Source: an uncultured Fibrobacterota bacterium
GTDB lineage: Bacteria > Fibrobacterota > Chitinivibrionia > Chitinivibrionales > FEN-1185
DNA length: 64,000 bases
Assembly (NCBI GenBank): GCA_963729895.1
Contig: CAVSQB010000028.1
Coordinates: 32,001 to 96,000, forward strand
Direction of reading: 5' to 3'
Both the position numbers and the translations under genes were made by a program. Positions 30,760-40,910 of this stretch are shown here, one piece after another; within the stretch, counting starts at the first letter, position 1; every line of letters begins with the position of its first letter. A model generated the notes under the pieces. It had not been told where the DNA came from. It worked only from the letters and a program-made list of their open reading frames with translations, and searched no databases.

Positions 30760-30795
30760 GCCGCCCCGGTGTGACGGCCGTCACACCGGGGCGGC
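30760..30795. repeat. Perfect 36-bp palindrome
   Basis: GCCGCCCCGGTGTGACGG|CCGTCACACCGGGGCGGC, no spacer. Confidence 0.9.
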
Positions 30796-30838
30796 GGGGG
30801 TCGGGAAGGAGGGCGGATCACTGCGCTGGAGCAGAGGC

Positions 30839-33268
30839 CTACAGCCCGGCAGACGGCTGCGAACCGGTGTGGCGCTCCTTTTCTTCATCTTCAACCAGCA
30901 TGGCAGTATCCTTTTCCGGGAGCCCGCTGGCCCATCCGCGGTTGACAGCGGGGTATTCCGATTTGTAGGCCACGTTGTTTGGGTCCGGCCCGTGCACCGA
31001 TCCGAAGGTGAGCACCGAGAGCGGGCAGCTTGCCACGCACGCGCTGCAGCGAACGCATTCCACGTCGTTCATGGGAATGCCTTTGTTTGCATATCCCATC
31101 ACGTCGATTCCCATGTGGCACACCCGTGTACAGATGTTGCACGAGATGCAGCGTTTCTTGTTTGCAAAGATACGGTACAGAGAGAACCGGGCGTACACAT
31201 GCATGAGCGCAGCCAGGGGGCATAAAAACCTGCACCAGACGCGACCCGACAAGAAGAAATAGGCGCCAAGCCCGAGGACGCCGGCGCACACGATGTCGAC
31301 GAGTAGGCCGTAAACGTCGATTACGGTGCGAGAGAATGGAGTGCCTGTGCCGCCGGCGGCAAGGGCGGTCAGCGTTGCCGCCGCGGCGATCCACAGTAGG
31401 ATTTGACCGGCGTTCTCCGCTCGTTTGGCGCGCACGCCGTGCAGCGCCATGGTGCGGTATTCCTCCCCGAGCGTCTCGGCCAGGCCGCCGCACGAACAGA
31501 TCCATCCGCAATACGCTCCCTTGCCCCATTTGTAAACAATAGCCGGGATGAGTACAAAGGTCTGGACAAGCCCCGCAACAAGCCAGAAGAGCGTGGGCTG
31601 TCCCTGGGCAAGGTTGTAGATGAACAGCGGCCAGGCAAGAATCAGCCCGTAGACTCGCCAATAGGATTCATGAGGGACTACGTTGTGGATGAACCAGCCC
31701 GGAAGCATGGCGTGGCGGCCCAAGAGTGGAATGATGAACAACGGCAGAATGCACAATCCTATGCACTGAAACGCCATAAGCGAAACCGTCTGGCGTGTGA
31801 TGTACGCCGTTCGGCGCGACCGTATCCGGCGCAGGCCGAACAAAACTATGGTCAGGGAATAGACAACTGCGTACCAGTCTCCCATGTCGGAAAGGAGCGG
31901 CGTGCGCCCCGCGATCTTGTACGATATGTAAAGAATGGGGAATGCAACGGCGACAAGCGCACAATAACCGTATTTGACGCGTTGTGAGCCCGTGGAAAAA
32001 TACCTCCCTGCGTTCGCAACAACGTGCGTGAGAAGAAGAAACCCGGCAACGGCAAATCCCAAAAAGCTTGCCCATGCGATCAGGCCGCTCACGAGCGCCG
32101 GCCATTCCAGGCGGGAAAGCATGGCAGGCAACCCCCAGAAGCCGCCGATACCTGACACCACCGTAACAGGCGCCTTCTTGCCGAAATAGAGAAGCGATGC
32201 AAACAGCAGCATCGCGGCAAGCGAAATCCGGTCGGAAAGCCTTTTCTCGCCCTCCATTCTTATAGTGGACCGCCTTAAAAAAGTTTTGGGGAGTTCCGTT
32301 CCTATCAAGACGAAGACAATGTCATTGGGGACCGCCGTATCGCCGCGGTCCGTGGCGAGGAGCACCTCGGACTCGCGGACTTCTTTGACGGTCGATCCGG
32401 GAAGGAAGGTGAGCGTACGATTGTTGACAAGGCTCGCAAACGCCTGCCGGGATTGTTCTTTGGGGCGCGACAGTTCCCTGGCACGGTACGAGAGAGTCAC
32501 GCGGTTGCCGGCCTTCACAAGAGCGATTGCCGCCTCGACCGCGCTGTCGCCGCCGCCAACCACCAGAATGTTCTTCTGTGCAAACGCGGCGGGGTCTATG
32601 AGACGGGTGAAGACTTTTTGGAGGCGCTCGCCCGGCACGCCGAGCGACCGGGCGTTTCCCGTCTTGCCTATAGCGACAACCACCCTGAGCGCCCGGTAGG
32701 AGGCCGTGCCGGTTTCAACGGTGAAGCTTCGGGCATGGCCGGTTATGCTTTGGACGGTCTCCCCTTCGTGAAGAGGCAGGGATTTACCACGGACTGCCGA
32801 ATGCAATTGATCAAGCAGCGTCTCCTTTGTCCCGTCTGCAAATGTAAGCGATGATCGTTGGGGCACGCCGCGGGGCGTGACGTAGATGGGCTTGCCTGCA
32901 GGGAAGTTTTCAACGGTGTTGAATATCCGCGAAGCCTCGATTACAAGGTGCGACAGTCCCAGGTCCCTTGCACGCAGACTTGCCGAAACGCCGGATACGC
33001 CCGCGCCCGCGACGATCAGGTCGAACACGCCGGGGTCTTTGTTGGCCAACCGGTCTTGTGCGAACCGCGGGTCCCGCGAGAGCCATTCGATGAAATCGAA
33101 CCCGGATTCCGCGGCAAGCTTGATAAGCGGTACGCCGGTGAGGTCGCCGATGCAGTACAGACCCGGTACCGAGGTTTCAAATCGGTTTTCGAGCCATGGA
33201 AAATGTTCCACCGGGCCCGTCGGGTTGTCGTGCTGGAGCCAGGAAAAGTACAATTCGGGCGGTTTCAT
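30839..33268 (-). CDS. TrxR/YpdA-like FAD/NAD(P)H oxidoreductase fused to a NapH/MauN-like membrane 4Fe-4S domain
   Basis: GAGVSG, GGGDSAVE and ETSVPGLYCIGD motifs; TM helices; CGWIC and CRFLCP; CISCNIC...C and CVRCSAC...CP; likely start MKPPELYF. Confidence 0.82.
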   Translation of the reverse strand: MKPPELYFSWLQHDNPTGPVEHFPWLENRFETSVPGLYCIGDLTGVPLIKLAAESGFDFIEWLSRDPRFAQDRLANKDPGVFDLIVAGAGVSGVSASLRARDLGLSHLVIEASRIFNTVENFPAGKPIYVTPRGVPQRSSLTFADGTKETLLDQLHSAVRGKSLPLHEGETVQSITGHARSFTVETGTASYRALRVVVAIGKTGNARSLGVPGERLQKVFTRLIDPAAFAQKNILVVGGGDSAVEAAIALVKAGNRVTLSYRARELSRPKEQSRQAFASLVNNRTLTFLPGSTVKEVRESEVLLATDRGDTAVPNDIVFVLIGTELPKTFLRRSTIRMEGEKRLSDRISLAAMLLFASLLYFGKKAPVTVVSGIGGFWGLPAMLSRLEWPALVSGLIAWASFLGFAVAGFLLLTHVVANAGRYFSTGSQRVKYGYCALVAVAFPILYISYKIAGRTPLLSDMGDWYAVVYSLTIVLFGLRRIRSRRTAYITRQTVSLMAFQCIGLCILPLFIIPLLGRHAMLPGWFIHNVVPHESYWRVYGLILAWPLFIYNLAQGQPTLFWLVAGLVQTFVLIPAIVYKWGKGAYCGWICSCGGLAETLGEEYRTMALHGVRAKRAENAGQILLWIAAAATLTALAAGGTGTPFSRTVIDVYGLLVDIVCAGVLGLGAYFFLSGRVWCRFLCPLAALMHVYARFSLYRIFANKKRCISCNICTRVCHMGIDVMGYANKGIPMNDVECVRCSACVASCPLSVLTFGSVHGPDPNNVAYKSEYPAVNRGWASGLPEKDTAMLVEDEEKERHTGSQPSAGL

Positions 33269-33366
33269 GGTGCGATGCCCTTTGGCGAGGTACCCATTAA
33301 AACAAGGTTTTGCGCACCTGGGGATACCAGCATTTTGTCGAACATGGAAAATGCGGAGCACCGGCG

Positions 33367-34320
33367 CTAGAACGCCCGCAGCATCGACTGGAGTTTCTCT
33401 TCTGCAAAGCCCTGGATTTCCATGCCCGACCGGACCGCCACCGTAAATCTGATTTTTGGGACCGGCTTCGGGAACGGGTGCGATTTCGCGCCGGAGCCCT
33501 TGAGCAGGTCGTTTAGCGGCCGGTCGAACACGATGTAAGCGGCGAAATCCCCTTGTTTCCCCGCATAGCAACTTCGCCGGTAGCAACGGAGCGACAGCGC
33601 ATGGTACCGTGGAAGGTCGTTTGCGGATGAGATGGAATCGTACTCGCCGTTGATGCGCCGTGCAACGTAGTCGGTGAGCGGTGACTGCGTGTCATCGAGA
33701 TCGACGTACACGTTGCACTCCGCCGCGTCTTCGCGGTCTTCGAATTCGGCGGACAGGACGCGCTGGGTGGGAGAGGGGGGCTGCAAGGTCTGAAAGTGAA
33801 GCAGCGCCCCGGTCGCATCCTGTGCCACAAGACCAAGGAACACCAAACGGTAGGGCTTTCTGTACACAAAAGTGGCCCCGTATTGAAAACACGGATACAA
33901 AGAACGGACCGCTTTTGTGACTTTCCAGGAAATCCGATCCGGGTACGCGGAATCGCACACGGGGCGCGTACTCGCATTTTGCAGAAACGCGATGCAGGAA
34001 TCCATTTTCTGCGGCACGAACGTACGAAACACGCGGCTTGCGTAATCGGAAAGAAACAGGCTGTCTGCGAATCCGGCCATTCTTAGGCTGTCAAGCAGGC
34101 GGATCCCCTCAAGAACTTTTCCCGCGTCCATGAGCTTTACGCCCTGCAGCCAGACGGTTTCGCTGTTTTGGGGCACATTCGCGGCGCACGGCGAAAGAAA
34201 GAGGAGCACTATCCACAGGAGAAGGCCGCGCGGGATTCCTCGCCACATACCGCATGATCTCCCGGGAGATACCAGTGCGGGTTGCATCACAAGGCTGCCT
34301 CCTGCGCCACGGCCGGGCAA
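33367..34320 (-). CDS. Hypothetical secreted protein
   Basis: 317-aa ORF with a signal-like hydrophobic stretch; true start probably further downstream. Confidence 0.55.
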   Translation of the reverse strand: MPGRGAGGSLVMQPALVSPGRSCGMWRGIPRGLLLWIVLLFLSPCAANVPQNSETVWLQGVKLMDAGKVLEGIRLLDSLRMAGFADSLFLSDYASRVFRTFVPQKMDSCIAFLQNASTRPVCDSAYPDRISWKVTKAVRSLYPCFQYGATFVYRKPYRLVFLGLVAQDATGALLHFQTLQPPSPTQRVLSAEFEDREDAAECNVYVDLDDTQSPLTDYVARRINGEYDSISSANDLPRYHALSLRCYRRSCYAGKQGDFAAYIVFDRPLNDLLKGSGAKSHPFPKPVPKIRFTVAVRSGMEIQGFAEEKLQSMLRAF

Positions 34321-34323
34321 TGC

Positions 34324-34956
34324 CTAACAAGAGGGACGTGGCACCGACGGTGCGAGTCCGGTTGCCGGGTATAACTTCCTGGTCTCGAATTGCCATAGCG
34401 GCACCACAGAAGGAAACTCACCGCCAGCTCCTGTTCCACTTGCGATGTGCAGCTGCGACAAAGTGCCGGAAAGTTGCGGAGGAACGCTGTTGTCAAAAAC
34501 GTGAAACGAAAACCCGAACCGCTCCCAGAATTTCATTCCCTGGGCGACGGCGTTCGCGTTTGACCCGTCTGCTGGCGCGGCTTCCCTGTCGACTACTCTT
34601 CCGAACAGGAGCACGCGAGCGGGGCTCGGATACAGGGGCGCAATCGCCTGAATGGCGCAGTTCACGAGAAATGTTGCAAGGTCGCGATCGGCCCGCCGCC
34701 CTTCCGGGCGTACGCCGGTGATTTCAATGAAATATACATGGCTCGCGTCGAGCTGCGTGACGAGCGCTGCGCTACGCCTCCGCGGACCGCCGACGGCGAC
34801 CGTGACGTTCGCAAACTGTAAAGGCTCAACGTCGATCGTGGCGTGCAGCAGGGGCGGTCCGGCGGATCGCCAGTCGTAGACGCATCGCGCGCACGATGGA
34901 TCGTGTATCGCTTCGGTATACGGCCCCGGCAGGCTAAGGGAAGGCGACCTATTCAT
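34324..34956 (-). CDS. Hypothetical protein, GNAT-like
   Basis: ITGVRPEGRR (motif A-like) and KFWERFGF (motif B-like). Confidence 0.5.
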   Translation of the reverse strand: MNRSPSLSLPGPYTEAIHDPSCARCVYDWRSAGPPLLHATIDVEPLQFANVTVAVGGPRRRSAALVTQLDASHVYFIEITGVRPEGRRADRDLATFLVNCAIQAIAPLYPSPARVLLFGRVVDREAAPADGSNANAVAQGMKFWERFGFSFHVFDNSVPPQLSGTLSQLHIASGTGAGGEFPSVVPLWQFETRKLYPATGLAPSVPRPSC

Positions 34957-35147
34957 ACGAAAATTAGACCGACAGCCCGGGAAGAACGTTTCAGAAGGAG
35001 ATTGTGGATGTGGAAACGGAGGAGTAACCTCAGCCGCTCATCCAACATCTTTAGTCCGATTGTCCGCAAATTCACCTATATTTGAAATACGTAGTCGACC
35101 AGGCCGCTCATCCGTAGTGCGACGAGCAACAAGAAGGGGAATACGGC

Positions 35148-36062
35148 GTGAAAACCGTGTCCGTGCTTAACTATAAGGGCGGCGTGGGCAAGACCACTCT
35201 GTCTGCGTGCACGAGCCAGGCCTTGGCGCTCACCGGTTTCCGAGTGCTGGCAATCGACAACGACCCGCAGCACAATCTTACGAGTATGCTGGGCGCCACG
35301 GTAGATAAGCCTACCATCAGGGACGTTTACCATGCGTCAACAATCGGCATCGCATCGCAACTTCTCCTGAAATCGGCCCGGAAGACTAGTGTGGCGAACC
35401 TGTCGGTAGTGCCGTCGTCCAACGACCTGGGATCGGCCGACATCAAAGACCCGTTTGTGCTGCGGAAGTGCTTTGTGTACTCGCAGCTCGACCGGTTCTA
35501 CGATTACGTCATCATCGACAACAGCCCGGGCATGGACGTGCTGCAGGAATCCGCGATCAACGCGTCCGAAGATCTGTTCGTTCCCACCGAGCTTTCGCAA
35601 TTCGCGCTCGACGGGATAAGTGAAATGATCGGCATGCTTTCGCGACACTTTTGCGGCGCTCGCACCATAACCAGAATTATCCCCAATTTTTACCGTAATG
35701 TCAAGGCCCATGAAGCCTTTATCTGCGCGTTTGCGGAGCGGTTTCCGGGGAAGATGGCCGCAACCGCCATCCCCTTCGACAGCGTGTTCGACACACTTGT
35801 CAAGGAACACAAGGTCCTGTTCGTCCACCGACTCAGTTCCAAAGCAGCCGCCTTTTATCTCAAGCTCGTGCATGAGTTGTTCAGTCTCGACGAAGAAACA
35901 ACTTGGAACATGGTGATGGGCAAACGCAAAGAGCAACTCAACAGTGAAGCCACCCAGCGGCTGGTGAAGCTGCGAGCGGACACAAAGAAGGCGGCACTGC
36001 CGGGTCAGGCAGGGGCAAGCGTTGTCCCCACTTCTCCTCCCGGTGTGACGCCGACCATATAG
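35148..36062 (+). CDS. ParA/Soj-family ATPase (orphan)
   Basis: KGGVGKTT, IDNDPQHNLT, YDYVIIDNSP and VP.E.SQFALDG motifs; AAGGGG RBS. Confidence 0.88.
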   Translation: MKTVSVLNYKGGVGKTTLSACTSQALALTGFRVLAIDNDPQHNLTSMLGATVDKPTIRDVYHASTIGIASQLLLKSARKTSVANLSVVPSSNDLGSADIKDPFVLRKCFVYSQLDRFYDYVIIDNSPGMDVLQESAINASEDLFVPTELSQFALDGISEMIGMLSRHFCGARTITRIIPNFYRNVKAHEAFICAFAERFPGKMAATAIPFDSVFDTLVKEHKVLFVHRLSSKAAAFYLKLVHELFSLDEETTWNMVMGKRKEQLNSEATQRLVKLRADTKKAALPGQAGASVVPTSPPGVTPTI

Positions 36063-36567
36063 CATATCGCGCTTCAAGCTGCTCCCGGGGAACCTCAAAA
36101 ATTCGGATCTTCTTTTCACCGTTTTTCAAACCGTTTTGTGCGCCCGATGCGGAGACGAATCCCGTTGACTGTTCACTGGGGTGAACAGCATGTTCCCGGA
36201 AGCCTTACCATCCCTGCCTCCTCCTTATATATTGAGTGTAACCGAGAGTCGGAAAAAGGATGGCGTAGATACGAGCCAACAAATTTTGGTTTTTAGGCAT
36301 ATTCTTTAATATATTATGGGTGGGAGGGCGTGATTTTTTTTCTAATGCTGGGTATGGCGTATTCTGCCACGTTTGCCCCTCCTTCAAGCTTTTTCCGCAA
36401 AAGGCAAGAACAGATTTTTTCGAAATATTAAACGATTAAAAGGGTATGCATGGCTTTCAGGAATGTCGTTGCATCAGTCCTAAATCAACCCGCAAAGCGG
36501 GTGCTCGTGATGCAGTAAATAGATAATCCGTCAAAGTTTTTGTAAACAAACAAAGGGGGAATAGCTT

Positions 36568-39381
36568 ATGATAAGTAAAAAGCTCCTGACGGCCTCGATG
36601 GTGGCGTTCCTGGCAGCATCCTGGTGTCTCGCAGACACCTATACGGGGGAGACAAGCAACAGGGTTGATATCAACATGGGCGTAACGCCGTGGAAATTCA
36701 TAAAGAGTGACCCGGCCAATGCGCAGACCGTTGCATTTAACGACGGCGCATGGAATACGGTGGGCATTCCCCACTGCTGGAACGATGACGACAGCTACAC
36801 CAATTATATAAGCGGTGGAAACCCGTGGGGAGGAGTTTGCTGGTATCGCAAGCACTTCACCTTAGACAACGCATATTCCGCAAGAAAGGTATTTGTCGAA
36901 TTTGAGGGCGCCCATGTGGGCGCCGCAGTGTATATCAATGGAACATTCATACCGGGAAACAGCGCCTTGAACCCTCAGTGCACGCATGTTATCGGGTTCA
37001 TTCCCTTTGTCGTCGACATTACGCCGTATGTGCAGTTCGGCGGGGCCGACAACGTGCTTGCCGCCCGGGTGAGCAACGGCGGCGTATTGTACACGGACCC
37101 GGGCTTTTCCACCGAATTCAGATTCGGGCAGCACGACGGCGGTCTGGTGCGCCCGGTATGGATGCACATCACCGACAAGGTGTACGTGCCGGCGAACGTC
37201 TATTCGGTTGTCAATAACTGGGGAACGTGCGTGGGCACGGTTTCGGCCACCGACGCATTGGCCACCGTGCGGCTTATGACGCACGTCCAGAACGAGAGTG
37301 GCGCTGCCCAGACGGTCACGGTAACCACAAAAGTGGTGGATGCGTCCACAAACGTCGTGCTGTCGATGGACCAGACGCAGGCCATTGCCGCGGGCGCGAA
37401 CTTCGTGTTCGACCAGAGCGGCGATGTGGTGAATCCGCACCTGTGGTATCCGGCGGCGAGCATCTGGGGCAAGCCCTATATGTACAAGGTTTACCATATT
37501 GTAAAGGTGGGAGGCGCTACGGTGGACGTTTTCACGAGCCCGCTGGGTATCCGCGTGATAACCTGGGACCATAATTATCCTTATTTCAACGGTCACCAGC
37601 ATTACCTGGCCGGCGCGTCCGGCAGGTACGATTATCCCGCGCTCGGCTCCGCGATCCCGGACGAGCTGTTGTGGAAGGACGTCAAACTCACTGCGGACAT
37701 CGGCGGGAGGGTATGGCGGCCGGGACACTCCACCTGCGCGCACGAGTTCGTTGACGCGTGCGATGCGTTCGGCGTCATGCTCGACCAGCCAAGCGGCGAC
37801 GGCGAGGGGGCATTCCAAGCCAACAATTACACCGCCAACATAGGGATTCTAAAAACCGAGTTGCATCGCGATATGATCGTCCGCGACCGCAACAACCCCA
37901 GTATTCTCATGTGGGAAGTGACGAATGCCGGCATTATTGATAGCCTCGCGCGGGCGCTCAAGGCGCTCGCTCAACAATGGGATCCAATCTCGTATCACGC
38001 CCAGTCGGACAGGTCATATCTCGATGGCTGCAAGGCCGGCATCTCCGATGTCATCGAATGTTCGTCGAGCGGATGTGAAGCAGGAGAGAAATTGAATGGT
38101 GCGTGTACCAATTATCCGGCCTTTGGCGCCGAAGATTGGGATGCCGGGCCTGCCCGGGCGTCCCGGTTTGCCTGGGACTACGAACTTTATTTTGCAAGCC
38201 CCTATATGCAGAACTGGAAAAACTCCGTCGAAGCGCAGGCGTTCGGCACCGCACATTGGTATCTGGCCGAGGCGCCGGGTGAGGAAAGTGCGTTCCTGGG
38301 AGATGCCCGCACCACGCGGTCATTCGGGTCTTCCATCATGGATGCGAACCGTCTTCCGAAGATGCTCTATCATTATTATCAAGTTGCATGGATTCCCTAT
38401 TCGCTCAGGCCGGGAGTGGTTCTTGCACATCATTGGAACCGTGCCGGCACGGTGCAGGTGAACGCATTCAGTAACTGTCCCAAGGTGCAGCTTCTTCTTA
38501 ACGGCACGAACCTTGGCGTAAAAGTGCCGAATCCATGGAACATCTCGAGTAATGAAATTGATAATCAGAATACCACGAACCTGCCCTATCAGTGCTGGTG
38601 GAGCGTGGCATGGCAGGCGGGGACCCTGCGCGCCGAAGGTCTTGACTCGAATGGCAACGTCGTCTGCTTCGACGAGAAGAAGACCGCCGGCAATCCCGAT
38701 CATATCCTGCTTACCGTCGATTCCCAGCTTGTAAAGCCTGACGGCACGCAGTTCAACATTACCGCCAACGGTACCGATTGCGCCACCATCCTCGCCCAGG
38801 TAGTGGACGCCAACGGCATTCTGAATCCCACGGTAAGCCCTAACGTCACCTTCAGCGTTACCGGGCCCTGCGTGTATCGCGGCGGCACCGACGCGTTTGT
38901 GACGGCAGGCCAGGCCATCGGGTATCATTCGCCGCTCGACCCTGAACTCACGGCTGAAGGCGGCATGTGCAAGGTGGCGGTGCGGTCCACGTTCACAACC
39001 GGGACCGTGACGGTCACGGCAACGTCACCCGGTTTGGGCTCGGGCACGGTCTCGTATACCGTGGTGCCGGTCTCCGCCGGGCAAACATCGCTCGCCCGGC
39101 CCGGGCTTGGAACAGACCGGACATCCCTGGCGCCGGCAATAAGAATAGGGACCCTCGGAAGCATGATCCGGTTCTACGTGAGCAGGACGGCAAACGTGTT
39201 TGTGCAAGTCCTTGATGCAAGCGGAAGAGTGCTGGGACAGGTCCGGAATTCGAAATGCGAGGCCGGATGGCATCCGGTTCAGACGAACGGCACGCTCGTC
39301 AACGGCAACGGTATTTACTTTGTGCGTGTGGCGGTGGACGGCGCATTCCAGAGCGTCAAGCCGGTTCTCGTCATGCGGTGA
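36568..39381 (+). CDS. GH2-family glycoside hydrolase with DUF4982/Ig domains and CTD
   Basis: CWYRKHF, VEFEG, GGLVRPV, PHLW, RDRNNPSILMWE..N and HHWN motifs; CTD VLDASGRV...GIYFVRV. Confidence 0.87.
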   Translation: MISKKLLTASMVAFLAASWCLADTYTGETSNRVDINMGVTPWKFIKSDPANAQTVAFNDGAWNTVGIPHCWNDDDSYTNYISGGNPWGGVCWYRKHFTLDNAYSARKVFVEFEGAHVGAAVYINGTFIPGNSALNPQCTHVIGFIPFVVDITPYVQFGGADNVLAARVSNGGVLYTDPGFSTEFRFGQHDGGLVRPVWMHITDKVYVPANVYSVVNNWGTCVGTVSATDALATVRLMTHVQNESGAAQTVTVTTKVVDASTNVVLSMDQTQAIAAGANFVFDQSGDVVNPHLWYPAASIWGKPYMYKVYHIVKVGGATVDVFTSPLGIRVITWDHNYPYFNGHQHYLAGASGRYDYPALGSAIPDELLWKDVKLTADIGGRVWRPGHSTCAHEFVDACDAFGVMLDQPSGDGEGAFQANNYTANIGILKTELHRDMIVRDRNNPSILMWEVTNAGIIDSLARALKALAQQWDPISYHAQSDRSYLDGCKAGISDVIECSSSGCEAGEKLNGACTNYPAFGAEDWDAGPARASRFAWDYELYFASPYMQNWKNSVEAQAFGTAHWYLAEAPGEESAFLGDARTTRSFGSSIMDANRLPKMLYHYYQVAWIPYSLRPGVVLAHHWNRAGTVQVNAFSNCPKVQLLLNGTNLGVKVPNPWNISSNEIDNQNTTNLPYQCWWSVAWQAGTLRAEGLDSNGNVVCFDEKKTAGNPDHILLTVDSQLVKPDGTQFNITANGTDCATILAQVVDANGILNPTVSPNVTFSVTGPCVYRGGTDAFVTAGQAIGYHSPLDPELTAEGGMCKVAVRSTFTTGTVTVTATSPGLGSGTVSYTVVPVSAGQTSLARPGLGTDRTSLAPAIRIGTLGSMIRFYVSRTANVFVQVLDASGRVLGQVRNSKCEAGWHPVQTNGTLVNGNGIYFVRVAVDGAFQSVKPVLVMR

Positions 39382-39409
39382 CCTTACCTCGTCCGTATCG
39401 TCGAATCAC

Positions 39410-39446
39410 CCCAAAGGGCGTCCGCACAGGATGCCCTTTGGGTTTC
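39410..39446. terminator. Terminator hairpin after the GH2
   Basis: CCCAAAGGGCGTCC-gcaca-GGATGCCCTTTGGG-TTT. Confidence 0.7.
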
Positions 39447-39569
39447 CCGGTGACTCACCCGGCGTTCGCTCTCAGCCACAGGATGGCGTTTGCAGATATC
39501 GCATCGTGTCAATTGAAGGACCCCGCCCCAAGTGGCGGGGTTAGCGGGCTGTGTTGTTCAGGCAGATGC

Positions 39570-40694
39570 TCAATTGATTCTTTTCCCCAGGAATTCCCAC
39601 GACAGGGTGAACCCGAACAGGAAAGTGTTGCTTGACGGTTCCAGAAACACGGTTCCGTCGCCTGCAGTCTGGGTATTGCTTTTTCCAAAGGTGTAGTACA
39701 AAAAGTACGGCGCAAACCGTAACGCAGGTTTGTTGTCGCGCTTCTTTTCCACAAACAGCTCCACCTTTGCCGACGCGCGGTTGCCGAGGGTCACCGGCGG
39801 ATAATTCACCGAGGTCCCCCCTGAGCCTTGGCCGGCCTGCATTCCGCCGAAAAACATAAAGTTGACACATGCGTCTATGCCGAGCACGTAACGCGGCGAC
39901 ACCGGCCTGGTGACGAGAACGCCGAGCGGCGCGCTCAGCCAGTAATACGTTTCCGAATTGCTGACATCGGTGCTGTATAACAGGTCGCCCCCGTTGTCCA
40001 CCAGATCTCGGTACCACAATTTGAAATCGATGCCGGTATATATGAAAAAGGGGAATTTGACATAGGGAATGGCATAGCCGACGTCGCACCCTGCAAACAG
40101 AAACGCATTGTTCTTCTGGAAAGTCAATGGGTCGAATTCAATGCCGGTGGTGTCGCCGTTATTGTCGCGGTACAATTGCTCTTGGGTCGAGCCGTTGTAG
40201 GTGTTGTTCAATCCGAGCACCAAGGCGACCCTGGGCCGGACAATCAGCCTGTTTTCCCATGAGTAAAAAGTTGCGCTCGCGCTGATGCCGAACACGGTGC
40301 CATACTCCGTGCTCTTTGGCGTTCCCACGATCACCGGCGCCCGGCCGTACATCTGAGTAAAATCCCGGATGTCATCGCTCAGGTCCAGGTCCTCGCTATA
40401 GTAAAGGTACCCGAGCGAAAGCCCGATCGAGACGATCTGGCGGTAGTCGAACAGTGAAAAGGGGCGTTCGGCGGCCGTGAGGTCCGGCGCCAAAGGCTCA
40501 GGCGCGGATCCGTAGCTCCCGGAGGCCGACTGGGCCGCCGCCGTATCGAGGATGGGTGCATTGCCTGTGGTATCAACCCTCGCAGCGGAATCCGGCACAA
40601 GAGAAACGCCGGTGTCCTGCATGGGTTGCGCAATCGCAAGAGATGCGAAAGCAAGAATGGCGGCGGCGAAGGGTGTGGCGGTTAATGGGGTCAT
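39570..40694 (-). CDS. Putative outer-membrane beta-barrel protein
   Basis: Signal peptide; alternating aromatic beta strands; ends FGFTLSWEF.. Confidence 0.65.
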   Translation of the reverse strand: MTPLTATPFAAAILAFASLAIAQPMQDTGVSLVPDSAARVDTTGNAPILDTAAAQSASGSYGSAPEPLAPDLTAAERPFSLFDYRQIVSIGLSLGYLYYSEDLDLSDDIRDFTQMYGRAPVIVGTPKSTEYGTVFGISASATFYSWENRLIVRPRVALVLGLNNTYNGSTQEQLYRDNNGDTTGIEFDPLTFQKNNAFLFAGCDVGYAIPYVKFPFFIYTGIDFKLWYRDLVDNGGDLLYSTDVSNSETYYWLSAPLGVLVTRPVSPRYVLGIDACVNFMFFGGMQAGQGSGGTSVNYPPVTLGNRASAKVELFVEKKRDNKPALRFAPYFLYYTFGKSNTQTAGDGTVFLEPSSNTFLFGFTLSWEFLGKRIN

Positions 40695-40910
40695 GGCCGG
40701 CCTGGAATCATCCTCAGAGACTCAACTCATGCACAGAAGTTCGCGCGTTCAGATTGCTTTCAAAATTACATCGTCCGGTTGGGTGCCGGGCAAGGATCGA
40801 TGTGAAAACCTTCTGCAATGGCGGCTCGTCCGTCACTGGCGCCAAAGCGAACGGGAATGCCGTTCCCCTTCGATTATGTTCAGGAGATAAACGCATTTAG
40901 GGGCGCAAGG

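Noticed and set aside
33269..33586. N-terminal extension of the 915-aa ORF
   Set aside because: Overlaps the upstream gene in another frame; the ATG at 33268 is the more plausible start
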